NCBI GenBank assembly: GCA_963514005.1 | Contig: OY740804.1 | Span: forward strand, 32,612,001-32,676,000 | Length of the DNA stretch: 64,000 nt | Origin: Raja brachyura | Taxonomy: Eukaryota | Reading direction: 5' to 3' | Shown: positions 40,079 to 53,535 of the stretch, one piece after another | Layout of the letters: every line of letters begins with the position of its first letter | How positions within the stretch are numbered: the first letter of the stretch is position 1 | Position numbers and translations under genes: made by a program | The notes under the pieces: generated by a model | The model's input: the letters and a program-made list of their open reading frames with translations, nothing else | Database searches by the model: none | Told to the model about the DNA's origin: nothing

Positions 40079-41272
40079 CTGTGAATGAAACAAACATTAT
40101 TAAATAGATTTAAATGATCACTATCCTAGGAAAAAAAAATCACAACAAACAAACCAATTGTGGTTGAGAAGAGTCGAAGTTGTGAAAATACAAGCATACC
40201 TATTGTGAGCAGCACTTTGTTGGAACAAGTCACGTATAACTTTGAGAAGCATAAAATGGCAAATGCTGGAAATCTGAATTAAAAACAGAAAACGCTGGGG
40301 ATATTCCAGGGATCATGCAGCATTTGTGGTGATGGAAAAAAAGTTAATGATTCAGATCAATGATCCTTCATCAGATGAAGAATTATAAATCTTATATGTT
40401 AACTGTTGCTTTCTCCACAAATGCTGCTGTCCTGTCGAGCATCCGCAGTGTCCTCTGTTTTTGTTCACTCCAAGATTTATCATTGTGCTGTATCGGCCTG
40501 TATCAAGACCGTTATTGTTATTCAATTTCTTTACACAGTGCCAATTTTCTGGCATCTCTTGCTTCCAGAGCCTTGCTGTATTATCCATTTTGACGGGGCA
40601 ACGGAAATCACAGTTTGGGGGGCCGATTTGTCGGACTACAAAGTTGGCTGGGGAAGTCAACTATGGGAATGGATCTGCTGAGGCCGTAGTTCCAAAGTCT
40701 TGGCTACAGTGGGCAAAGTCAACCCGATGATTGACACGGGAGTCCCGGTGTTGTTTATGTAGTAAGCACTACATAAACACCATTTTCACAGTCACGATTT
40801 TTACTATTAATGAATGTTGGAGCAACATACAAAAAAATCGCAAATCACCACACTTAGCTCTTGGAGGTTAGGATAAATGTGATATAATGGCAAACATTAC
40901 CAGCAGCATGATAAATAGCATGCCCCAAAGTTCCCACCATCAGAAAGCAGTCCTGCTTGCTAAAAAAAACCCCAAAGTGCTGGAGGAACTTAGCGGGTCA
41001 GGCAGTATCCGTGCAGGGGAATGGAACAGTCGACGTTTCAAGTCGTGACTGTTTGCTGCTGACCTAGAAGATAACTTCAAACTTTTTGTTTTTGCAAATA
41101 TACCAGTCAAACCAGTTCTTAGTGCAATGCTCTGGTTGACATGTGATTGGTACAAGGCCAATTACAATTTGAACTATGAGAACTCTCAAGGCAAAATTAT
41201 CTACAAATTGAGTGAATGGCAGAATACACAGACTGAAGTGAAAGTAACAAGATCTGATAACTCCACAAATAC

Positions 41273-41359
41273 CTTGTTAAACGCATCAATGAATTTTACA
41301 CCTTTGTAAGTGATGGAGAGGAAAATAGTTGGTATCTTTTTCATTTGTTCAGTAGATTT
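41273..41359 (-). CDS. ANKS1A: ANKS1A PTB exon ([29 protein letters not shown])
   Basis: 87 nt, acceptor ttttgtttag, donor gtattt. It follows an 87-nt intron. Confidence 0.95.
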
Positions 41360-41446
41360 CTAAACAAAAGCACAGGAGATATATTAAAGATTCAAACATG
41401 GCTTAATCCAAAATATTGTGTCAGTACGTGATGAACGGATACAAAC

Positions 41447-41518
41447 CCTCATCTTCGCACATGCATCCTGGGTTGATTCAGTCCCCTTTAAGTCTTTAAT
41501 AAGCATCGAGCCCAAATA
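41447..41518 (-). CDS. ANKS1A: ANKS1A PTB exon ([24 protein letters not shown])
   Basis: 72 nt, acceptor ttgttgcag, donor gtttgt. Has the PTB YLGS motif. Confidence 0.95.
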
Positions 41519-42378
41519 CTGCAACAAGTGAAGAAAGAGTTTATCATAATGGTGCCAACACATAAGCTGCTTTGAATTGGCTTACAAAAAGTTCTTAGAA
41601 GCTTTTTCTACCTCTTTATGAGGAATGTATGGAAAATCACATGCCTTTCAAAATTTATGTAGGAAATTTCAGATACAACAAATGCCTCATGCTTCAAATG
41701 TACATTATGCTGAGTATTCTTGTGGAAAAGGAAGAACAAACAGTTTTTTTTGGCCAGCAATTAATTCCAACTTCCAAAAGCGATGCAAATTTCTGCAAAG
41801 TTAGAGACTTCTAACAGCAGTTGTGCTTTGGATGTGATTGTTTTGCGCCACTTTACCACAACCTTTTGTGAAGCAGTCTAAGTGGGCAGCTAAAGATGAG
41901 TGTACTTTAGATTCCAAACCATTCCCATTGAAGATCAGTGAGAATTATGGAAGTAACTTCCTTTGTCCAAGTGCCAACGTAAGATCAACATTTAATCCAC
42001 TACGAACTATGCACCTTCATGTATATAAAAAAAAAGCAACAAGCAGAAGTAGAAATATTGCCTTGCACTTCAGTAACACAAAACTGTTAATTCCGTGTGT
42101 AATATGACTGTTCACAAGAAATAAAGATAACACATGATTGAACAGCATGAGCAATTATATTGGTAAGAGACCAGCCTATCAAAGAATGCAGTTAGTGTAA
42201 ATAATAACATCATTTAATGGAAATTGTCCCCGTGCTCCAATCATTACTCTCCCTGTTTCTTTGGAATGTAAAGTTCAAATGCTCTGCTAATGTATCATAT
42301 ATTGACCCACAAGTTGTATGCATTTTATTTGTCATTTAACAACATTAAAAAAGATTAGATCCAGAACGAGATACTCAC

Positions 42379-42504
42379 ATTTGCTTCATAGCCACAAGAC
42401 TCAAAGATAAGCTTCTCTGGCTGGTGCTGCCAATTCTGAACGGGAGAATACGGTGTTGCTAAACTAGGCGGGCGAAGTGTTATTCGGGACTCACGTCGAT
42501 CTTC
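42379..42504 (-). CDS. ANKS1A: ANKS1A coding exon, linker and start of PTB ([42 protein letters not shown])
   Basis: 126 nt, acceptor tttttacag, donor gtgagt. [18 protein letters not shown] is the ANKS1A-type sequence; ANKS1B has WQHHPEKLIFQSCDYKAF. Confidence 0.95.
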
Positions 42505-42619
42505 CTGTAAAAATGATTAAAAACAGCTGGTTGCTCCTAAATATCTACCACCCTAATAAAAATAAACCTATACCATATTCACATATATTCAGAGTACGAA
42601 GCAGATTAGAGTAGTATTG

Positions 42620-43370
42620 GAACAGAATAAAATTGCAGGAATATGCAATTCAGCTCTCAGATACACTCCCGCCATCCAATACAATCATGGCAGATCCTCT
42701 AACTCAGAAGTACATTCCCCCTCTCTACCCATATGATTCAATGTCATTTGTTTTTAGAAATTCATCTTTTTTCAAATATATTCAGCCAATGAATGAAGAC
42801 ATTTCTCCTTCCCTCAGTCTTATATCTCTCGCCCACTTTGTTGAGACTGTACCCCTTAGTTCAAGATCTCCTAGCCAGTGTAAACGTCTGCTATGAATCC
42901 AATCTGTTAACTATGTTTCATTGAAATCTCCTCTTATTTCTCTAAACTCTGGCGGATACATTCATAGCCAACTGAATCGTTCCGTTCTGGTTCGGTTCTG
43001 CCAATCAGTTAAGTGAATCTTTGTTGCTCTCCCTCATCTGTTATGTCTTTATTTTTAGGCAAGGAAACTGCTTACTGTATTCATCAAGACAACATCTATT
43101 TGAAATGAGACATACTTTCTTCTGTTATTTTTGCAATGAAAGCCAATATATATTTGTCTTCTCAACTGCTTGCTTTCTTGCAGTAACTAGTGTTCATGGA
43201 CATCCAGATCCCATTTGCACATCAACATATCGTAATCTATCATCATTTAAATAATGCTGTTTTTTGGTCTTCTTAACATCCATTTTTATACATTACAACC
43301 CAAATGCCATACATGTGCTCATAGATTCAATTTGCCTAAGTTGCTCGAACCCATTGCATCCTCCTTGCAA
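42620..43370 (-). mobile_element. Highly degraded CR1 3' region
   Basis: Patchy similarity to 143-800 (ccattcaat..atcatggc.gatc, aatgaaagccaatata..tttgtcttc). Confidence 0.5.
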
Positions 43371-43559
43371 CCTTTCTTGGTTTCTGGTTCATGTCAAATA
43401 AGTATCAACCAGGTTAAAGTTAAATTGGTAGAATCAAAATGTAGGATTACGTATCTGAAAATTCTAAAGTTTCACAAATGAGGATCACAAACTTTTTGTT
43501 ACATTTAGTACCAACATTCTACTAGCAATGTAGAAAGCATGATTTGCAAATGTGCCGAC

Positions 43560-44915
43560 GTTACAAATGTTTTGGAAGAAATACTTGATGGACTTGAAGG
43601 ATAAAGGAGGGAATTTGTGTTTCGAATCAGGGATCGTAGGCGAATTACGAAATGAGTACTTTGCATCTGTTTTCACCAAAAAGATAGACATGGACGGCAG
43701 TGAGATTAGTGCGGTGATTACTAACATCCAACGGCAGGTTGAGAATAGGAAAGAGGATGTGTTGGGGCTCTTAAAGAGCATTAAGGTGGATAAATTCCCA
43801 ATTCTGATGTGGGAAGATAGGAGTTTGCTGGAGCCTTGTTGAATATCTATCCATCTTCTCCAACCATAGGTGAGGTCAAAGAGGACTGGAGAGTAGCTAA
43901 TGTTGTTCCTCTGTTTAAGAAGGTAAGTATAGGCCGGTGAGCCGCACACCAGTGATAGAGAAGTAATAGGAGAGGATTCTTTGGAGCAGAATTTACTTCC
44001 ATTTGGAAGAGAGTTAGTTAGGGACAGTCAGTATGGCTTTGTAAGTGGCAGTAAGATTAGTGTGGAGAATACGAATATCCAAGGGTAGTTTGAGAATAGC
44101 AAGGTGGATATATTGGGCTCTTAAAGGGTATTAAGGTGGTTAATTCCCGAGGGGTGATGAGGCAAGCGGGGAGATTGCTGGAGCCTTCTTGAAGATCTTT
44201 GCATCTTCTCTCTAAACTATATTATTGATGCCAAAAAACCCAAAGCAGCATCAATGTACGGAGGAATCTTGGGGTTCGAGCCCAGAACTCCCTGAAATTG
44301 GCAAGTAGATAGCGTGGTAAAGAAGGTATATGGTATGCTTACTTTCATAGCATCGGGCACTGAGTATTAGGGTCAGAAAGTCATGATGCTGCTTTTTGGG
44401 ACTTTGGTTAGACTGCCTTTTAAGTATAGTAAACAGTTTTGGTCGCCCCATTACAGGATGAAGTAGCTTTGGAAAGGATGCAGAGGTTGCTTGGATTGGA
44501 GGGTATTAACGACAGGTAGAGGTGGGACAAAATTGGATTGTTATCTCTGGAATGCTGGAGGTTGCAGGGAGACGATATGTATATAAAATTATGCGAGGCA
44601 CAGATAGGGTAGACAGAACATTTTTTCTGAGGATGGATAAATCAAATTCCAGAGGGCATAGTTTTAAGGTGAGAGGGGCAAAATCTAACAGAGATGTGTG
44701 GGGCAATTATGTTTTACACAGAGGCTGGTGAACACTTGGCACACCTGCCAGGAGTGGTGGTGGGAGGCAGATTTGATAGTGACATTTAAGGATAGGCGCA
44801 GGGATAGGCAGGGAATGGAGATATGGACTATGTGCAGGCAGATGAAAGTTGGTCTGGGCATCATGTTGGCACTGATATTGTGGACCATGTGACCCTGTTT
44901 CTGTGTTGGACTATG
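43560..44915 (+). mobile_element. Old CR1 LINE fragment with internal duplication and deletions
   Basis: ORF 43552..43842 has NEYFASVFTK...IKVDK. ORF 44522..44731 has VYKIMRGTDRVD...SRGHSFKVRG. The CR1 3' tail follows. Confidence 0.8.
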
Positions 44916-45619
44916 TTTTCTGAAGAGACATCAATTCGATTTCACTGCTAAGGAGAATAAATGTTAGAGCATCTTGCATCATCGTAATCTACTTTCTCAA
45001 CAATGGCATAATTATGAATGAAGTGGTATGGGCAGAATGGAAAAGCTCAATTGCGTTGTAATTAAGTTTCCAATTGGTTGAACTGTTATCAGTCCCATTA
45101 TAAAAAACTTCAATATGTTTGTACTGCAGGGAGTCTGCATCCCAAATTTAACCCTTGGCCTCCCCCACATGCTTGTTGCTAGGGAAGAATAAAATGAACA
45201 GTGTCCAAATTTAATGGCAGTGATTGCAGCATAACTACTGGAAGTTGCCATCTTTACTTCTTGAGACTGACACCAGCTTTTGGATTCCTAGGCATGCGTG
45301 ATCTAATGTGGAGGTGCTGAAGTTGCCATCAAATACTCAGGATGCCTTCGCTGGCTGCACATAGGGTTTTGAGATTTAAATTAATTTACAGCTCAAAGTG
45401 CAAACTTCCATCTTTTTGCCCCTTGAAAAAGTAACTCATCCAAGGAATCTACACCACATACAAGGAGGAGGATGGAGCATTTATCCAGAAAAATTATCAA
45501 AATGAAAGAAAATCATCGAGAACATCCGTAAGAGATCGAGGTAGCATATTTTAAATAATTACATCTTATAAAGTCTTTCCAATAAATAATTAATTGACAT
45601 TATACTCTTTCCAATGTTT

Positions 45620-45797
45620 AATTAGACAATAGACAATAGGAGTAGGCCATTTGGTCCTTCGAGCCAGCACCGCCATTCAATGTGATCATGGCTGATCATC
45701 CCCAATCAGTACCCCGTTCCTGCCTTCTCCCCATAATCCCCAGACTCCGCTATTTTTAAGAGCCCTATCTAGCTCTCTCTTGAAAGCATCCAGAGAA
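45620..45797 (-). mobile_element. CR1 (HER1-type) extreme 3' tail
   Basis: Plus strand tagacaatagacaataggagtaggccatt...gcaccgccattcaatgtgatcatggctgatc...ttctccccata. Related tails at about 15590-15810, 17850-17990 and 49320-49400. Confidence 0.75.
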
Positions 45798-47364
45798 TTA
45801 AAAATAATATTTGAAATCTTTCCAAAATGCATTAAAGTCTCTCCAATGTGTTGTTGCTTAAAATTTTCCAATTTTCCATAATGTTTTTTCTGAAATATGG
45901 AAAAATGTCATCATCAGTTGTTCAGACTAAGATTGGGCCGTGACTTAACCTGTGGTTTTTATCTGAATCTTGGATGGATCGGTTTTGACTCTTCCATGTG
46001 ATGTGACCTTAATGGCCACAAAAGATGAAAAATATTCATGAATGATGGAACAATGGCTAAAGTGGTCAGCTTTAAATTGTAGTAAGTGACAAGAAAAATG
46101 CTACATTTTAAAACAAAATTATTGAAATTGTATCTGTAGCTGCAGGTATATTTATAGCAAATCGTAGCCACAGATTGACAAAGGACTTTTTAGGACAATA
46201 AATACGCCAATTACTATCTCCTGTTGCTAATTTGTAATAAGCACACTCTCCAATTGATTTTGCGATGTCCCCCCTGACCAAACTCAAGACAGACCATTAG
46301 TACCCATTCACACTACTCCATACTCAACATTTACCTATTATGCTTTATTATTGCAGTTAAACTAACAAACAAATTAAGACTACCATCATGACTTATTGAC
46401 TGCCACATAACCTGACAAATTGACTTTAGCGATGTAAGTGAGCCAGACAATCACATTCCCTATATATCCAAGATGATTAAAAACTGACCAATTCCTTCAC
46501 GGAAGGGGGCTATTTGCTGGCTTCATAGAAGGGGAGTGAACTTATTTGGAGAGCGACTCAAAATAGGTGTGTCGTGCGCATGAATGTGGCCTGCAATTTC
46601 AGGTAGAAATTACACAATTTTCTTTCAAGATTTCAGAATGACAGCTGCAAATTATGGCAACCAATACATGAGCAACTGAATGGAAAATACATAGTTGTTT
46701 ATATTTTATCTATATTTTAGCCCAAATTGCAGTTTAGCATCTGTGCTGAGGAGCAGAAGGATGATATCATCAAAGATTATTGCTTGCGAATAATCAGTTA
46801 TAATTGTGCCAGATATGTAAATAGCAGCAATTTGCACCTCAGCAGTGTTTAGGTTAATACATTCATAGACATTTCACTGAATTAGTTCATAAAAACAACA
46901 GGCAAAAAAATGTTTGCAAACATGTGTTCCAACTTATCTATAGTCAAATTGACAACTGGTTTTGTTGATATGGAAAATCTAAAATGTTATGGCAACATTA
47001 TTTTACCAATTCATTGCTAAATTATGCAGGATCAATGGAGTATTTATTCACTTGCACTTAGAAAGGGAAATAGTCCTCTGATAGTGAGCAAATGGTCCTC
47101 ATTTGAACTTTTGCAAAAACTGCACTTTAAGAACTAGTGTGATTTTTAAAAAGTAAAGAATTTAAGAATACTAAAATAAAATCAGAAATATCTGGTGTCT
47201 TCACTGTTGCAACATAATGAAAAAACTAACAAAGAACACTTGTACCATCGTCCCAACACATGCTACAACATCCTGCACTTATGAAGCTTGTAACCAAAAT
47301 GCTAAGATTGAGATGGTGAACCTGAAGTAGTATTATCAAATCAAATAAAGATAGGATTCGAGAG

Positions 47365-47585
47365 GTAGATGTTTCACAGAGGGTGGTGGGTGTATGGAAC
47401 AAGCTGCCAGAGGGGGTAGTTGAGGCTGGGACTATCCCATCGTTTAAGAAACATTTGGACAGGTACATGGATAGGGCAGGTTTAAGGATTATGGACCAAG
47501 TGCAGGCAGGTGCAACTAGGATAGCTGCAACATTGTTGGCCGGTGTAGGCGAGTTGGGCCGAAGGGCCTGTTTCCACACTGTATT
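47365..47585 (+). mobile_element. CR1 LINE 3' end
   Basis: RVVGVWNKLPEGVVEAGTIPSFKKHLDRYMD, with tail GGGCCGAAGGGCCTGTTTCC shared with the SINEs. Confidence 0.85.
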
Positions 47586-47780
47586 AATCTATGATTATAA
47601 CACTGGAATTGTATCAGATTGTATCAGTGATTGTATCAGAGGAAAGGTTTGAACATATTCATCAACTTTAAAAGTGGGAAATATAATAATATGCTAGCCA
47701 TAGATATTCTGTGGCTCAACATTTGCCAGGAAAAGTGAAAAAAATTAGAGGGTGATATAGCGGAAGAGGGGACGACTCAA

Positions 47781-47875
47781 AGCCCTGTCTCACGGTGCAA
47801 GTCCACCCACGAGTGACCCCAAATGAAAGAAAAAAAACAGACTTGTGGTTATGTACGAGATTCCAAGTTTATGTT
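47781..47875. mobile_element. Degenerate left end of a further Harbinger-type MITE
   Basis: AGCCCTGTCTCACGGTGC resembles the CCTGTCCCAC TIR core. Short and diverged. Confidence 0.35.
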
Positions 47876-50800
47876 CAAGTGTTTAACTGAGTAGAGAGTT
47901 GCTGGATTTTAACAAGAGTGAGAAAACAGCATTATATTTCCAAGTCAGATGGTTGGTGGTGTGGTGCTGACTTGGAGAGGAATCTGCAAGTGCCAGTATT
48001 TCCATATGGCTGCTGCAAGTGTCTTTTTGGGCTGCAAGGATTGTGGATTTGGATGCTGCTATCCTAGGATCTTTGCCTAGTTGTTATAATGCATTTTGTT
48101 GATAAGGTACAGACTCAGGACGGCATGTTTTTTTTTTCAATACACATGCTCTTCTAGTTTTTGTTCCGAGGGTTGGTCCCCTGGCTCAATATTAATGGTA
48201 GATGCTGATGGCCCAAAGTGCATTGGAGATGCTAAATTTTGAGTTACTTGGTCAATTCCGATTCTATTTCATTTAGCACAGTGACAGTACCATGCAATGA
48301 ACGGTACAGTTGACCCGATGACGCAACATAATCTGGGCAAGAACTAAGTTGCACCCACTTTGAAAGATCATGGATGAAATTATTCTATGAAAGCTATACT
48401 GATGATGTAAGGTCAGCCCCGGTAAAGCAGCTGCATTCTTCAGAACTTGCTGACTTTTTCAGTGGTTGCACTACTCAACTACCTGATGATAGATAACCAT
48501 GGCCTGAAGACTGTGCCCTTGCTATTTTTGCAGCTCCTTCCAAATAAACAAGGATGAATACTAATTTCCAAGCTGAGAAGCAGCAGCAGCAGCAGATAAT
48601 CAACAGAAACACCACTGCCCCATATATTGTCTGATAGAATGTGGCTTTTACTGGATCAAAATCAGTATTTTAGGCTATTAAACACGACAACCTCCAACCA
48701 AGCTCCGAACTATATAGACTTGGAGGCATTGTTTTTGGCTTTGTATGATTATTAGTTGTTTTTTATACACGGAACTTATTTTTCGTTGTTTATTGTGGTG
48801 ATTACAGAGCCCTATGGTTTGCATATGCGTTGTGCTGCTGCAAGTAAGGATTTCATTGTTCCGTTTTGGGACATATGGCAACAAAACACTTGACTCAAAT
48901 AGTAGCAGAGATTTGTGCGTTATATCAATTAATATCAGTCAACAAAACACTCGATAAAATTGTAATAAAATAATTTTAACTTATTAGAAGAGATTTCTAT
49001 TAATTTAAATACCTTAACACAAAGTCAAATAAAGGACAAGCCACAAAACCTGGTTTGACATATATAGCTTGCGAAGGATGCCATTCTATTTTAGAATGTA
49101 ATTTTTGAGCAATGGAATTATCCCATCACCCTCGCAAAGGGCAAAATAAAACAAAGGCAGCAGGCTGAGGTTGGGTGGCTTCTGCTACCATGGAAGCCAA
49201 GACTTTGCCCATTAGATGTTGCACGATGGTCAGGTTTATAAAGATTGAAATGTTGTATGTCACCGACTTATATAAAACAATGGGGGGGGGGGTCAGATGT
49301 AAAGCTTTGTGCATGATTATGGGGTTAGGAGGGAGAGATAAATCAGCCATGCTTAAATGGCGGAGCAGACCTGATGGGCTGAATGGCCTAATTCTACTAT
49401 GCCTTATGACCTTATTTGCATAAGATTCCCCTGTGGTCCTTAACATTTCAAGTACGTTTTCTGGAAGGCCTGCTAACCCATTCCCATTTCATTGGAAATT
49501 GGCAGAGGCTTTTCTTTCTGACTACAGGCCATGTGTATAGACTGTACTTGTAACCCAAATGTATGCAGTAGCAACATTTGGAGGCTGAATGATGGCGAGC
49601 TTTCAACTTTGCTCTCATGCCTTTCAACCACCATCTGACCAGGTTGAATAGAATGGTTATCAGAAGAAGAGCACAAGCACAGAGTTATGAGAAGAGGGGG
49701 GGGAAAAGACAATTTGAATAGAAACTTACATTTATAGATAACCTTTAAAAACTGATAACAAATAGAGACAGATATATAAATAGTCACCATACAACGAAGG
49801 GAGTAGTAATGAAGGAAGGTGCGAAGATTAGCTGATATATAAAAATAATTAGCATCATCCCAGAGTGATATTTTTAATATACAGTGAAGTAGGATTTGGG
49901 AGATGAGAGATAAAAGTTGATCTCTTGATTTTGTTGGGAGAAGTAGTCAGTTTTTTATAGACAGTTTAGACATGTCTTGAGGAGGGGGTGTAACTGAAAT
50001 GGTTCAATCAGAGGAATACAAGTGGTTATATCTTTCCTGACTGTGCATTGCATCACAAAACCAGTAACATTTGTGGAAAAGGAGGCCAGATTCCAGAGGA
50101 TTCAGCTACAGACCAGATGGTCAGGGTAGAAATGAGAAACTGGCAGATTACAATCAGAAAATTCATGTGGCACAGAAGCCAATGAGTTAGCACCAACAGA
50201 GGGCCCAGCACTGATCCCTGTGGTACATCACTGGTCACAGACTGAATCCAATTTGTCAGCTTGCCTTTGATCCCATATGTTTTAACTTTCTGAAACAGCC
50301 CACCATGTAGGACATTGTCAAAAGCCCATTCACACCAATGTCCAGTGTCCTACATCAATCTTCTTTGTTATCTCCTCAAGGAACTGGACTGAATTAGAGA
50401 GATAGTAATACCCCTGTACAATAACATTCTGCCTAATAAGAGCTTCTTCTCTTATATTTCTTAATGGGTCAAATCTTTGACCTCCCCCCCCCCCCCCCCA
50501 CCCCCGCCGTGTCTTTGAAACAACCAGTAATAGAAGCAGCTTGCTTCTGTTCAAAATGTCAATCCCCATCAAGAACTTTGGTTTGTAGAGATAAGGGAAG
50601 TATATACTCATTTCAGTTCCATAATCCATCTGTGAAAATTGCAATGTTATGTTGTAAACCATCCGTGATGGCTGAAAGAAACATGAGAACTGCAAGTCTT
50701 CATTTTTTTTCATGAAATTTATTTTCAGTCACCATTTTGGGGGGAATTTAACACTTACTAATTAAAAGAAATAAAGCTCTCACGGAAATATTGCTTATTG

Positions 50801-51273
50801 ATAATTTTGCAGCGCTTTATTAAAACACAGATTGCCAATCCACATGAATAATCACAAAAAAATTGTAGTTGTTCCAAAGGAAAATCAGAAGTGGCAATGG
50901 GAGATTTATGGAAGATTCAGGAAGTAAGAGGCCAATTTTAATTGAATCCACTGGGCAGAAACTCGACAGAGCCACATGCAATATTGATGTTTGACCTTGG
51001 TCCTATTTCATTCTCCATTTAAATCGTAGAGTTAAACATTTGATGGAATGCAATGCTGGCATTCAATTAACTTGCATGTGACAGATAAGTCTCAGTCTTA
51101 TGGCTTGATATCATCTAAACCATTTGACATTTATAATTAATAACCCACTTGAGCAAAGGGCGCTGCCTGACGTTAAGAAAAATCTAAACTATAAAAGCTC
51201 AATGTTAAAACATGAAACATATTAGATCTTATTTTGCTTCATGTAATCCTTAGCTCCTGCAGTTCCCAAAGAA

Positions 51274-51585
51274 CGGCACGGTGGCGCGGCGGTAGAGTTG
51301 TTGCCTTACAGCGAATGCTGTAATCCCAGGAATGCCGGCCATCCCAGGTTTGATCCTAACGACGGGTGCTGTCTGTACACAGTTTGTGCGTTCTCCCCGT
51401 GACCTGCGTCGGTTTCCTCCCACACCCCAAAGAAGTACAGGTATGTAGGTTAATTGGCTTGGTAAATGTATACAATTGTCCCTAGTCGGTATAGGATAGT
51501 GTTAATATGCAGGGATCGCTGGTCGGTGCGGACTCGGTAGGCCGAAAGGGCCTGTTTCCGCGCTGTATCTCTAAACTAAACTAAA
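51274..51585 (+). mobile_element. tRNA-derived SINE (HE1/V-SINE type)
   Basis: CGGCACGGTGGCGCGGCGGTAGAG head, GGTTTGATCC box B, GGTTTCCTCCCACACCCCAAAG core, and a (CTAAA)n tail. Confidence 0.9.
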
Positions 51586-51803
51586 TGTTCAGCTGCCCCT
51601 AAAGTTAATGCTACCATGATTGCAGAACACTTTCACACATCACTACGCACACACACATCAAAATGGTTTGCTTCAGCAGTTCTCATTAAAATATGCTGTG
51701 ACTAACCTTTGGGACTAATACTGTGCATTTGCTGATTTGCATCGCAAATTTGTTTTGGAATGTTATTGAAAATACCACTTAACTGATACAGGGTTACATA
51801 ATC

Positions 51804-52310
51804 GGCCTGTCCCACTTAGGTGACTTTAGGCAACTGCAGGAGACTATGCAGTCGCCACATGTTCGCGGGTGGTTGCTGGGGAGTCGCCTTCATGGTCGTG
51901 AGGGGTTTCCGCATTCTGGGAACTAGTTGCAGCTTCATTATGGTCGCCGTGAATTTTTCAACATGATGAAAAATTTGCAGCAACTAGAATGAAGCTGTTA
52001 TGGAGAGTAGCGAGAATTCTCGTGCCGTAGGTGGGTCGCCAGGAGGTCCTAATGGGTTGCCAGGAGGTGAAAGGTTCTTGTAGGTTGTAGCTGATGCTGA
52101 CCGGTGAATTTCATTGGCTCATTGGGGACAAAAAAAGGTAAGCAGTAATTTTCAGAACCAAGGATAACCGACCGGTAATGTTAAATGTCCGCCGAGCTTC
52201 ACAGCCGTGTATCTCTGGCTTCTTAAAAGTAGTCTCCACTCCTTCTCCCACCTTCCCCCCCCCATCTCTTTTAAAGGACTTACCGTACACTATGCTTTAG
52301 CCGTCTTGTT
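51804..52310. mobile_element. Truncated Harbinger-type MITE of a different family
   Basis: Begins GGCCTGTCCCACTTAGG (same TIR core). The CpG-rich interior has recurring gtcgcc motifs. No right TIR seen; the end is approximate. Confidence 0.65.
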
Positions 52311-53535
52311 TTCTATATTGACCCATGTCCTATCACTACATATACTTGACTACAATCTTTAATTTCATTGAATAATTACCCTAACATGACACATAATTAA
52401 ACTAATGGAATATATACTGTCCAGTCATTAATGAAACAATGAATCATTTTGTGATTACTAGCCTGAAAATAGTTTAAAAGCTTAAGGGTGAATTTTCATA
52501 AAATCAGATATCTACAAATCAAGTAATTTGTATGCAGTGAATCCCAATGTCATGGTTTTGACGACATCTAGGGTCCTTTTGAGATGATGTATCAGCCATG
52601 AGAAGCCTAATCTTGTGCCCAAATGCTGAGGATTCACTGATATTGACAGCAACATCACAACAAACCAGAGCCTAAGGTCAAATGTGTCACACAAACTAAT
52701 CCATGCAATGACAAATTTAAAATAAATGATATATAGATGTTGGTTTTGACAGTTTGCAACACTTTTGTTTTATTCTTTAGTAGTCTTTGAAGATGAAGCC
52801 ACTTTTTTTTTCCTGAGTATAAAACAGTCTGCAAAACTGGTAAATGCACCTATTTTTGTGAGAAAGAACAAAAATGTAGGGGAGTGACAGAAATGAGAGA
52901 AAAAGCCGAGGGAGGGGGGACGTATATATAATTGTTATCCACAAAATAAGTGCAGTCCGACATAAGTGTCCTATAAATATACAGGAGATTGAGCAAAGTC
53001 TAGATATTCGTTTGTCAGCAAACTTGTGCAGAAGCACAGCATTCTAGACATGTGGGCATCAGTTCACTTTAATATCTCAGGAGGCCAACACCATCTTTAC
53101 AGTGGCATAATGTCCTTGTTGAATATTCTTCTATGGATATCAGTGTGTTTTTACAATGCATTATTCCAACCAAAATTATCTTGTGCTACATATAACACTA
53201 TTAGGTTTATAAAATTCCTCCATTACTCAGCTAGCATGAACACTTGCTCAAAAAGGATGAAATTAAATCAATTCTAGAAACATTGTTAACTACAAGATTT
53301 GAATATATGGAATTAACTGGCTTTCTATTGCTGTTAACTCATTTACGGAAATTAGCCCTACATTTATTTCTTTAATTTGAGAGACATGTAAACAGTGCCC
53401 AAGTTTTCAACAACTATATATTTGCATCGAATTCTCAAGCATGTTTCTGCAAAGAGATCTCTCTATGTGCGTTATTTAACAATGTTAGGGTTTTAAAATG
53501 CCACCAGCTACATGACAACGGAAGAACTTTCTTAC

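Noticed and set aside
49473-49790. ORF as the missing SAM2-PTB linker exon
   Set aside because: No similarity to the ANKS1 linker and no convincing phase-0 donor.
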